A stretch of DNA of 64,000 nt from Phaeosaccion multiseriatum (taxonomy: Eukaryota; Protista; Ochrophyta, other classes): the NCBI GenBank assembly GCA_965112735.1, contig OZ218952.1, positions 5,797,264 to 5,861,263 on the forward strand, read 5' to 3'. Each line of letters starts with the position of its first letter. Within the stretch, counting starts at the first letter, position 1. Below are positions 40,455 to 51,542 of the stretch, in pieces. The position numbers and the translations under genes are program-made. The notes beneath the pieces were generated by a model that saw nothing but the letters and a program-made list of their open reading frames with translations, ran no database searches and was not told the origin of the DNA.

Positions 40455-43400
40455 CATTCTGCCAAGAGTGCTCATTGGGCCCGACAATGTACCAAACAGG
40501 TGTATACTCGGAGGATGAGTCCCATTGATGGAGTTGCGAAGGCGATTCGCACGAGCCACGCTGGCAAACCTTTCTTTTTCTCCCCCGCCTGGGCCTGAAG
40601 AATGGTGGGGGCTTTTCGAACGAGCCATACCCCCTTGCTGAAGACGCATGCTCATGTGAATTGCCAAACAACAATACAGAGTAGGCTACGGCTCTGACCG
40701 ACTGAGCAAATGTGAGCGAGTGGTGTGTGTGTGTGACTGAGGGAGAGAGTGAGGGGAGGAGGGAGCGAGTGAGTACGTCAGTGAGTGAGGGAGGGAGCAA
40801 GGGGCGGAAGGAGGGAGGGAGGGGGGTGGAAAGGATGAAGTGCGCGAGTGCGCGAGTGAGAGTGTGTGTGTGTATGTGTGTGTGTGTGCATGTGTGTGCG
40901 TGTGTGCGTGCGTGTGAGTGTGTGTGAGTGTGTGTGTGTGAGTGTGTGAAAGTGTGTGTGTCTGTGCATGTGTGTCAGAGAGTGAGGGGGGGAGGGAGCG
41001 AGTGAATACGTAAGTGAGTGAGGAAGGGGGTGAGGGGGTTGAAAAGACGGAGTGCGCTGCTGCGTGAGTAAGTGCGTGCAGCCATGAGTGAGTGTGTCTG
41101 TGTGAGTGTGTGTAGGTGTGTGTGTGTGTGTGTGAGGGTGAGAAAAAGAGAGGAGGGGGGGAGCGAGGGGGGGGGGGGGGGAGGGGAGGGAGGGGAGGGA
41201 GGGAGGAAGGAAGGAAGGAAGGGAGGAAGAAAGGGAAGGAGGGAGAGGGGGGAGAAGGGTAGGAGGAAGAAAAGGAGGGAGTGAGGGAGGGAGGGAGGGA
41301 GGGGAGCAGTAAGTGAGTGTGTGTGTGTGCGTGTGTGCGTGTGCGTGTGCGTGTGTGTGCCTGTGCGTGTGCGTGTGTGTGCGTGCGCGTGTGTGGGCGT
41401 GAGTGCGTGCTGCCTGTGTGTGTGAGTGTGTGTGTATGTGTGTATGTGTGTATGTAGGTGTGTGTCTGAGAGAGAGTGTGTGTGTGAGTGTGTGTTAGAG
41501 AGGGAGAGAGAGATGAGGAAAGAGAGTGAGGGGAGGAGGGAGCGAGTGAGTGCGTGCGTGAGTGAGGGAGGGAGGGAGGGAGGGAGGGAGGGAGGAACGA
41601 AGGCGGGGGAGAATGAGGGAGGGAAGGAGGGACGCAGTGGGTGAGTGTGAGTGAGCGCGTGTGAGAGAGTAAGTGTGAGTGACGTAGTGAGGACGGGAGG
41701 GAGTGAGTGCGTGCGCGTCTTTGTGTGAGTGTGAGAGCGAGAAAGAGAGAGTGCGTATGTGAGTGAGCGAGAAAGAGAGAGTGAGGGGGGAGAGGAGTAG
41801 ATGTGTGAATGAGTGCGTGCATGTGCGTGTGCGTGTGTGTGCATGTGCGTGTGCGTATGTGTGCGTAAGCGTGCGAATGTGTGAGTGAGTGGGTGTGTAT
41901 GTGAGAGAGAGTGAGGGAGGGAGGGAGCGAGTGAGTGCGTGAGTGAGTGAGTGAGGGAGGGAGGGGGGCGTAAGTGAGTGAGTGCGTGCGTAAGTGAGAG
42001 CGAGTGTGCATGTATATGAGTGCGTGTGAGCGTGGGTGAGCGTGTGTGTGTTTGTGCGTGCGTGTGTGCTCGTGTGTGTGTGAGATAGAGAGAGCGAGGG
42101 GGAAGGCGACGGGTAAGAGCGTAAGTGAGTGAGGGACGGAGCGAGAGTGGGAGGGAGGGAGGGAGGGAGGGAGGGGGGGGGGGTGGTGTAAGTGTGTGTG
42201 TGCGTGTGAGTGTGTGAGTGTGTGCTTGTGAGTGTGTGAGTGTATGTGTGAGTGTGTGAGTGTGTGTGAACGTGTGTGAGGTAGTGTGTGTGTGCGTGCG
42301 GGAGTGAGTGCGTGCGGGACTGAGTGTATGTGTGCAGTGTGTGCGTGCATGTATGTGCGTGTGCGTGAGAGTGTGTGTGAGTGTGTGTGTGCATGAGTGT
42401 GTGTGATGGGCGGAGTGAGGGAGGGAGGGAGAGAGGGAGGGAGGGAGAGAGGGAGGGGGGTGGAAGGGAGGGAGTGCGTGCATCAGTGAGTGCGTGCGTG
42501 AGTGAGAAAGGAAGGGAGGAAGGAAGGAGGGAGGGAGAGAGGGAGGGAGGGAGGGAGGGAGGGAGGGAGGGAGGGAGTAAGTGAGTGCGTCAGTGAGTGA
42601 GTGAGCGAGGGAGGGAGGGAGGGAGGGAGGGAGGGAGGGAGGGAGGGAGGGAGGGAGGGAGGGAGGGAGAGAGGGAGGGAGGAAGGAAGGGGTAGAGGGA
42701 GGAGGGAGGGAAGGAGGGAGGGAGGGAGGGAGGGAGGGAGGGAGGGAGGGAGGCAGGGAGGGAGGGAGCGAGGGAGGGAGGGAGGGAGGGAGGGAGGGAG
42801 GAAGGGAGGGAGGCGGTGAGTGAGTGTGAGTGAATGCGTGTGGATGAGTGCGTGGTGTTAGGGTTTGTGTGTGTTTGAGTGTGTGAGAGAGAGAGTAGGG
42901 GGGGAGGGAGCGAGAGAGTGGCAGCATGAGTGAAACCTGTACGGAAAGGGAGGTGAGTGGAAAGGAGTGCTTGCGTGCGTGAGTGCGCGTGTGTGTATGT
43001 GTGTGTGCGTGAGAGAGAGAGGAGGAGAGAGCGTGAGGGTGGGAGGAAGAGTGAGTGCGTGCGTGAGTGAGGGGGGAGGGAAGAAGGGAGGAAGTGAGAG
43101 AAAGGGGGTAGGGAGATGAAATGGGAGGAGGGAGGGAGGGAGGGAGGGAGAGAAAGGGGGTAGGGAGGGAGGGAGGGAGGCAATGAGTGAGGCAGTGAGT
43201 GCGTATGAGTGGTGGTGTGAGTGAGCTTATGAGGGAGTGATGGAGTGAGTGAGGGAGAGAGAGAGGGGTGGGTGGGAGGGAGGGAGGAAGAAAATCTGTG
43301 CGTGTGTGGGGACGAGGACGAGGAGGAGGAGGAGGAGGAGGAGGAGGAGGAGGAGGAGGAGGAGGAGGAGGAGGAGGAGGATGATGATGACCCAGGAGAG

Positions 43401-44205
43401 GAGAGGTGACAAATGGAAGGAGAAGGGGGGGGGTGACATAAAACACTGATAGGACTAATATGGTTGCTCCCCCTTCTCCTCATTCTCCTTCTTCTGCTGA
43501 TGCTATTGCTACTTATGCTCGATGCGCTGTCATCTATCCTCACCTTCTATTTGCACCCGCACGTATCTGGCCAGCGTCCCCTCAGGAGGCAGCCACGAGG
43601 AGCAGCGCTTCTCTACGGTGAACTTCATCTTTGCGGCACTTGCCTCCAGAGCGATACGCAGAGACTCTCCGCCGATCTCATCGCTGAAGGGCTTGTCACT
43701 GGGGATGGCAGCAGATGGGAGGGGAGGGGAGGGGAGGGGAGGGGAGGGGAGGGGAGGGGAGGGGAGGAGAGGCGAGGGGAGGAGAGGCGAGGGGAGGGGG
43801 GAGGAGGCGAGGGGAGGGAAGGGAAGGGGAGGGGAGGGGAGGCGAGGGGAGGAGAGGAGGGGGGAGGGGAGGAGAGGGGAGGGGACGAGAGGGGAGGGGA
43901 GGGGAGGGGAGAGGAGGGGAGGGGAGGGGAGGGGAAGGGAGGCAAGGCCATTAGACCACAACACGGGCAGACACACACACAAACAAACACCACACACATA
44001 CACTACACACACAAACACCAGAGGACAGACAGATAAGGTTCTGCCTGTCAGCCTGTCAGCCTGTCGGCCTGATGGACCTGAGCATAATCCAGAATGGGAT
44101 GAGCCTGGAGCTGTAGAAGGACCTGTCCAGCGTCAGGGCAGTGGGCTCGTCCGTGCGGTTCCACACGCAAATCTTGGAGATTTGGGTGACGCCCCCCAAG
44201 TCCAC
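40455..44205 (-). CDS. Exons of an F-type-lectin/galactose-binding-like domain within satellite DNA (44205-44078 and 43698-43544; tentatively 40736-40703 and 40506-40455); gene or pseudogene
   Basis: In-phase GT-AG splicing gives VDLGGVTQISKICVWNRTDEP...RLIPFWIMLSDKPF...ARYVRVQIE...SLTFAHIHLFG, matching the VDLG/NRxD/RYVRV/L.FAxV.VFG layout of this fold. Confidence 0.65.
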
Positions 44206-47200
44206 CTGGAGTGGTGTAGGTCGGAATATGAATATAGGGTTAATCGGAAAGAATATGCGTGCATGTGAGCGTTCGAGTGAGTGAGGACGTGCGAACGTTT
44301 GAGTGAGATACAAGAGAAAATATAGAACATCAAGTCGGAAGAGAAGACATGCTATGAAGCTGTGCTCCGCTTGTCGATGTTCCGTTTCCGTGGTTCCGTT
44401 TCACTCTCAGTGCCCGCTGATATACACCGCTCACCTCTGTGTGTACGTGAGAGAGAGTGAGGAGTGGAGGGAGTGAGTGAGTGGGTGTGAGTGAGTTTAC
44501 GAGGGAGTGATGAAGTGAGTGAGGAGAGAGGGGTGGGTGGGAGGGAGGAAGAAAGTCTGTGCGTGTGTGTATATGTGTGTGTGAGAGAGAGAGTGAGGAG
44601 GGGAGGGAGTGAATGAGTGCTTAAGTGAGTGAATGAGTGGGTGAGTGAGGGAGGGAGGAGGGTGGAAAGGATGGAGTGCGTGCGTGACTAGATGCGTGAG
44701 TGAGTGAGTATAGGTGTGTGCGTATGTGTTTGTGCGTTGAGTGTGTGTGAGTAAGTGTGTAGTGAGGGAAGGGAGGGAGGGAGGGAGGGAGGGAGTGAGG
44801 GAGGGAGGGAGGGAGGTGCGTGAGTGAGTGTGTGAGTGCGTGTGTGTGAGTGAGAGTGTGTGTGTGCATGTGTGTCGGTGATGGGCGGAGTGAGGGAGAG
44901 AGGGAGTGAGGGAGGGAGGGAGAGGGAGGGGGGTGGAAGGGAGGGAGTGCGTGCATGAGTGTGTGCGTGCGTGAGTGAGAAAAGAAGGGAAGAAGGAAGG
45001 AGGGAGGGAGGGAGGGAGAAAGGGAGGGAGGGAGTAAGTGAGGGCGTCAGTGAGTGAGTGAGCGAGGGAGGGAAGGAGGGAGGGAGGGAGGGAGGGAGGG
45101 AGGGAGGTGCGTGAGTGAGTGTGTGAGTGCGTGTGTGTGAGTGAGAGTGTGTGTGTGCATGTGTGTCGGTGATGGGCGGAGTGAGGGAGAGAGGGAGAGA
45201 GGGAGGGAGGGAGAGGGAGGGGGGTGGAAGGGAGGGAGTGCATGCATGAGTGTGTGCGTGCGTGAGTGAGAAAAGAAGGGAAGAAGGAAGGAGGGAGGGA
45301 GGGAGGGAGAAAGGGAGGGAGGGAGTAAGTGAGGGCGTCAGTGAGTGAGTGAGCGAGGGAGGGAGGGAGGGAGGGAGGGAGAGAGGGAAGGAGGGAGGGA
45401 GGGAGGGAGGAAGGGAGGGAGGGAGGGAGAGAGGGAGAGAGGGAGAGAGGGAGGGAGGGAGGGAGGGAGGGAGGGAGGGAGGCGGTGAGTGAGTGTGACT
45501 GAATGCGTGTGGATGAGTGCGTGGTGTTCGGGTTTGTGTGTGTTTGAGTGTGTGTGAGAGAGAGAGTGAAAGGGAGACGGAAAGGGAGGTGAGTGGAGAG
45601 GAGGGGGTGTGTGTGTATGTGTGTGTGCGTGAGAGAGAGAGGAGGAGAGAGCGTGAGGGTGGGAGGAAGAGTGAGTGCGTGCGTGAGTGAGGGGGGAGGG
45701 AAGAAGGGAGGAAGTGAGAGAAAGGGGGTAGGGAGATGAAATGGGAGGAGGGAGGGAGGGAGGGAGGGAGGGAGAGAAAGGGGGTAGGGAGGGAGGGAGG
45801 GAGGGAGGGGAGGCAAGGAGTGAGGCAATGAGTGCGTGTGAGTGAGTGGGTATGAGGGAGTGATGGAGTGAGTGAGGGAGAGAGAGAGGGGTGGGTGGGA
45901 GGGAGGAAGAAGATCTGTGCGTGTGTGTATATCTGTGTGTACGTGAGAGAGAGTGAGGAGTGGAGGAGTGAGTGAGTGGGTGTGAGTGAGTTTACGAGGG
46001 AGTGATGAAGTGAGTGAGGAGAGAGGGGTGGGTGGGAGGGAGGAAGAAAGTCTGTGCGTGTGTGTATATGTGTGTGTGAGACAGAGAGTGAGGAGTGGAG
46101 GGAGTGAGTGAGTGCCTAAGTGAGTGAATGAGTGAGTGAGTGAGGGAGGGAGGAGGGTGGAAAGGATGGAGTGGTGCGTGACTGGATGCGTGAGTGAGTG
46201 AGTATAGGTGTGTGCGTATATATGTGTTTGTGCGTTGAGTGTGTGTGAGTAAGTGTGTAGTGAGGGGAGGGAGGGAGGGAGGGAGGGAGGGAGGGAGGTG
46301 CGTGAGTGAGTGTGTGAGTGCGTGTGTGAGTGCGTGTGTGTAAGTGAGAGAGTGTGTGTGTGAGGGGGGGGTGAGCGAGTGAGTGCGTGCCCGTGTGTGT
46401 CTGTGTGTGATGAGGGGAATGAGGGAGGGAGGGAGAAGGGTGGAAAGGGGGGAGTTGGGTGCGAGTGTGTATGTGTGTGAGAGAGAGAGAGGGAGTGAGG
46501 GGTGGAGGGAGGGAGTGAGTGCGTGCATGAGTGAGGGGGGAGCGAGGGAGTGAGTCAGTGAGTGAGTGAGTAGCTATGGGAGGGAAGCGGAAACGAAGGA
46601 AGGAACGGAGGGAGGGAGAGAGGCAGGAGGGAAGGAGAGAAGGAGGGAAGGAGGGAAGGAGGGAAGGAGGGAGGGAGGGAGGGAGGGAGGGAGGGAGGGA
46701 GGGAGGGAGGGAGGGAGGAGGGAGGGAGGGAGGGAGAGAGAGAGAGGGAGCGAGCGAGGGAGGAAGGAAGGAAGGAAGGAAGGAAGGAAGGAAGGAAGGG
46801 AGGAAGGGAGGGAGGGAGCAAGGGAGCGAGGGAGCGAGGGAAGCGGTGAGTGAGTGTGAGTGAGTGTGTGTGGATGAATGCGTCAGTGTGAGAGTTTGTG
46901 TATGTTTGAGAGAGTGTGTGTGTGAGAGAGAGAGTGAGGGGGGGAGGGAGCGAGAGAGTGCGAGCATGAGTGAGAGGGGGGCAGAAAGGCAGGTGGGTGG
47001 AAAGGAGTGCTAGCGTGCGTGGGTGCGCGTGTGTGCATGTGTGTGAGAGAGAGAGAGAGAGGAGGGGGAGAGAGCGTGAGGGTGGGAGGAAGAGTGAGTG
47101 TGTGCGTGAGTGAGGGGTGGAAGGGAGGGAGCGAGCACGTGAGTGAGGGAGGGAAGGAGGAAGTGTGGGAGGGGGGAAGGAAGGGAGGGAGTGAGGGGAG

Positions 47201-48505
47201 GAAGAAAGCAAGGAGGCAGTGCGTGAGTGAGTGAGTGAGTGAATGTGCGTGAGTAAGTACGTAAGGGAGAGAGAGGGGGGGTGGGAGAGAGGAAGAAAGT
47301 CCATGCGTGTGTGTGAGTTTGCGTGTGTGTGTAGAGTAAGGCAGGGAGGGAGCGAGTAAGTGCGTAAGTGAGTGAGGGAGAGAGAGGCGGAGGGAGAATG
47401 GAGGGAGGGGGGTGGAAAGGAGGGAGAGCGTGCGTGACTGGATGCGTGCGTGAGTGAGTATAGGTGTGTGCATGTGTGTGTGCGTGTGTGCTTGTGCGTG
47501 TGAGTGTGTGAGTGAGTGTCTGTAATGAGGAGAGAGAGGGAGGTGAAAGGGAGGGAATTGCATGCACGAGTGCGTGCGTACGTGCGTGTGTGAGTGCGTG
47601 TGTGTGCGTGAGAGAGGGTGAAGGGTGGAGGGAGCGAGTGAGTGCGTGCATGAGTGAGGGGGGGGCAAGAAAGGGAGTCAGTGAGTGAGTGTGTAGCTGT
47701 GGGAGGGAGGGAGGGAGGGAGCGGGGGAGGGAGGGAGGGAGAGAAGGAGAGAGAGAGGGAGGGAGGGAGGGAGGGAGGGAGGGAGGGAGGGAGGGAGGGG
47801 GGGAGAGAGGGAGGGAGAGAGGGAGGGGGGGAGAGAGGGAGGGAGAGAGGGAGGGAGGGAGGGAGGGAGGGAGGGAGGGAGAGAGGGAGGAAGGAAGGAC
47901 GGGAGGGTGGGAGGGAGGGAGGAAGGAAGGAAGGAAGGAAGGAAGGAAGGAAGGAAGGAAGGAAGGAAGGAAGGAAGGAAGGAAGGAAGGAAGGAAGGAA
48001 GGAAGGAAGGAAAGAAGGGAGGGAGGGAGGGAGGGAGGGAGGAGCGAGGGAAGGAGAGGCGGTGAGTAGTGTGAGTGAGTGCGTTCGGATGAGTGCGTGA
48101 GTGTGAGGGTTTGTGTATGTTTGAGAGTGTGTGTGTGTGAGAGAGTGAGGGGGAGAGGGACCGAGAGAGTGCGAGCATGAGTGAGAGGGGGACGGAAAGG
48201 GAGGTGGGTGGAAAGGAGTGCTTGTGTGCGTGGGTGCGCGTTTGTGCATTTGTGTGTGAGAGAGAGAGACGAGGAGAGAGCGTGAGGGTGGGAGGAAGAG
48301 TGAGTGTGTGCGTGAGTGAGGGGGGGAGGGAAGAAGGGAAGAAGTGAGAGAAGGGGGGTAGGGAGATGAAATGGGAGGAGGGAGGGAGGGAAGGAGGGAG
48401 AGAAAGGGGGTAGGGAGGGAGGGAGGGAGGCAATGAGTGAGGTAGAGAGTGTGTGTGAGTGGTGGTGTGAGTGAGCTCATGAGGGAGTGATGGAGTGAGT
48501 GAGGG

Positions 48506-50005
48506 TGTAAAGAGTCACGTTGCTCTCCACCTAGGATAGGAGTAGCCGCATGGATAAGGTAATAGCAACCCCAAAGCCAGCCTGGCAGCCAGCCTTGTCT
48601 CTATTAGCTTTATCCGTGAGCCATCCTAAACGACCAACCTGCTGGGAGGTGAGTGAGAAACGGGCCACGCACCGTTTCTCACCGTATTTGCCTGGGCCTG
48701 GGTCATTGACATAATACTGACTTTCAACATCCCCGTCAGCCATCCCTGCACTTCTAACATCCCCCTGAACTAAACTATTGCGTGTCCCCACGCAAGTCAA
48801 AGCGGGTTCGCCTACTAAAGCTCGACTTGTAGCAAAAGCCTCCATGTTGCTTCCAATAAAAACGGATGAGAAATATGCAAAACTCACCCAGGTGTGTGCG
48901 ACCGCTCCTCCAACACACACCCTGCTGTATTGGTGAGAAAATCCCACGACTCAAACTCACCCACACAGGCTCACGGATGAGAACATCCCATGACTCAAAC
49001 TCACCCGCGCAATTCTCTATCTCCACTCCTACTCGCCACCAGCGTTGCCAAAGCCTCATTGCGCACCACTAGGCTGACTGCTAAAGTGTTTACTGGTGTG
49101 CCTACAAGGCACCCAGACAGTCCCTAAAGCAGCCTTGCGAGTATCCTTCTCTGTCTCCCGCCAAGCTCCGTGCAACAGCAACAGCCGCGCTGCTGCCACA
49201 CTCGAAAGCCGTGCCCGCTGTAAGACACCGCTTCCGGCAATTCTCTCCCCCCACTCCCGCCTCTCCGTGTAACAGCAACATCCGTGCTGCTGCCACACTC
49301 GAAAGCCATGCCCGCTGTAAGGCACCGCTCCCGGCAATTCTCTATCTCCACTGCCCACCAAGCTCCAGCAGCAATTTCCGTGTAACAGCAACACCCGTGC
49401 AGCTGCCACACTCGAAAGCCATGCCCGCTGTAAGGCACCACTCCCGGCAGTTCTCTGTCTCCTCTGCCCACCAAGCTCCAGCAGCAATTTCCGTGCAACA
49501 GCAACATCCGTGCAGCTGCCACACTCGAAAGCCATGCCCGCTGTCTAAGGCACCACTCCCGGCAGTTCTCTGTCTCCACTGCCCACCAAGCTCCAGCAGC
49601 AATTTCCGTGCAACAGCAACATCCGTGCTGCTGCCACACTCGAAAGCCATGCCCGCTGTAAGGCACCGCTCCCGGCAAACTCAAAGCTACCGAGCTGCTG
49701 CCTGAGCCTCTTGGCCAAGCAAGGTCAGCTGCCTTCGGGATTCTTTGGGGTTGTAAAGAGTCACGTTGCTCTCCACCTAGGATAGGAGTAGCCGCATGGA
49801 TAAGGTAATAGCAACCCCAAAGCCAGCCTGGCAGCCAGCCTTGTCTCTATTAGCTTTATCCGTGAGCCATCCTAAACGACCAACCTGCTGGGAGGTGAGT
49901 GAGAAACGGGCCACGCACCGTTTCTCACCGTATTTGCCTGGGCCTGGGTCATTGACATAATACTGACTTTCAACATCCCCGTCAGCCATCCCTGCACTTC
50001 TAACA
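48506..50005 (-). mobile_element. Non-autonomous LTR retrotransposon, family B (254-bp LTRs 48506-48759 and 49752-50005; AGGG TSD; non-coding interior)
   Basis: LTRs look identical by eye, TG...CA ends, AGGG on both flanks, minus-strand PPT CAGGGGGA abutting the 3' LTR. Confidence 0.93.
49160..49680. repeat. About 5 tandem copies of a roughly 105-115 bp unit inside the family B element
   Basis: GCTGCCACACTCGAAAGCC recurs near 49192, 49290, 49402, 49515 and 49630. Confidence 0.9.
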
Positions 50006-50388
50006 AGGGAGAGAGAGGGGAGGGTAGGAGGGAGGAACAAAGTCCGTGCGTGTGTGTGTACTGTGCGAGAGAGAAAATGAGGAGTGGAGGGAGTGAGTGA
50101 GTGCTTAAGTGAGCGAGTGAGGGAGGGGGGCGGAAAGGAGGGAGTGCGTGCGTGACTGGATGCGTGCGTGTGTGAGTATAGGTGTGTGCATGTGTGTGTG
50201 CGTGTTTGTTTGTGTGCGTGAGTGTGTGAGTGTATGAGCGAGGGGAGGGAGGGAGGTGAAAGGGAGGGAGAGCGTACGTGACTGGATGCGTGCGTGTGTG
50301 AGTATAGGTGTGTGCATGTGTGTGTGCGCGTTTGTTTGTGCGCGTAAGTGTGTGAGTAAGTGTGTATAGTGAGGGGGGGGAGGGAGTT

Positions 50389-51237
50389 GGCTCCAGACTG
50401 GCCTAGAAGCCTAGGCCTAGAGACGAAATTCGGCCGGCCTAGGGGGGCCGCAGGCCCCCGGCCTAGGCCTATTTTTGGCGCAGCCCCCCCGGCCTAGGCC
50501 TAGCTATCGACCCTGGACAAGACTACGGTGTGCCCCGGCCGTAATCAGTAATCAGCCCCCAGCTGGCGCATAATCAGTACTCAGGCCGGCTGGTCACCGG
50601 CTGTAAGCAGCCAGACCGGCTGGCGCCGGTCATAATCAGTAATCAGGCCGGCTGCGCCGGCCGTAATCAGCAATCAGATAATCTTGTCCAGGGTCGACTC
50701 CCTCCCTCCCTCCCTTCCTCCCTCCCTCCCTCCCGCTTTCTATCCCTCCCTCCCTCCCTCCCTCCCTCCCTCCCTCCCTCCCTCCCTCCCTCCCTCCCTC
50801 CCTCCCTCCCTCCCTCCCTCCCTCCCTCCCTCCCTCCCTCCCTCCCTCCCTCCCTCCCTTCCTCCCTCCCTCCCTTCCTCCCTCCCTCCCTCCCTCCCTC
50901 CCTCCCTCTCTTTCTCCCGCTTTCTGTCCCTCCCTCCGTCCCTCCCTCCCTGCCCCCCTCCCTCCCTCCCTTCGACCCTGGACAAGATTACGGTGTGCGC
51001 CGGCCGTAATCAGTAATCAGCCCCCGGCTGGCGCATAATCAGTAGTCAGGCCGGCTGGTCACCGGCTGAATCAGCGGGCGCCAGCCATTTCCTGGGGCTG
51101 GCGCCATAATCAGTAATCAGGCCGGCTGCGCCGGCAATATCAGTAATCAGATAGGTCGAGGCCTAGGCCTAGAACCGCCGGCCTAGGGAGAAAAATTGGC
51201 CGGCCTAGAGCATAGGCTTCTAGGCCAGTCTGGAGCC
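50389..51237. mobile_element. MITE-like element with 25-bp TIRs (GGCTCCAGACTGGCCTAGAAGCCTA) carrying nested insertions
   Basis: TIRs at 50389 and 51237; subterminal GGCCTAGGCC repeats; no clear TSD. Confidence 0.75.
50507..51159. mobile_element. Two roughly 190-bp MITE copies (TIR TCGACCCTGGACAAGA; 50507-50697 and 50972-51159) flanking a (CCCT)n block
   Basis: The first copy has both TIRs; the second has an eroded right TIR; many internal TAATCAG motifs. Confidence 0.75.
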
Positions 51238-51542
51238 GAAGGGAGGGAGGGAGGTGAAAGGGAAAGAATTGCATGCACGAGTGAGTGTGTGCGTGCGTGA
51301 GAGAGTGCATGTGTGGGAGTGAGAGAGTGTGTGTGTGAGGGGGGGAGGGAGCGAGGGAGTGTGTTCGTGTGTGTCTGTGTGTGATGAGGGGAATGAGGGT
51401 GGGAGGGAGGAGGGCGGAAATGGGGGAATTGGGTGCAAGTGTGTATGTGTGTGTGAGAGAGAGAGTGAGGGGTGGAGGGAGCGAGTGAGTGCGTGCATGA
51501 GTGAGGGGGGGCGAGGGAGCCACTGAGTAAGTGAGTGAGTAG

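Noticed and set aside
42855-42870. Telomeric TTAGGG
   Set aside because: A single occurrence, not an array.
44435-44437. 2-nt microexon (CAG|AG|GTGAGC on the - strand) supplying Glu before VDLG
   Set aside because: Too short to support without transcript data; the acceptor lies in satellite sequence.
49160-49680. CRISPR-like array
   Set aside because: The sequence between the conserved motifs is itself repeated (no unique spacers); eukaryotic context; no cas genes.
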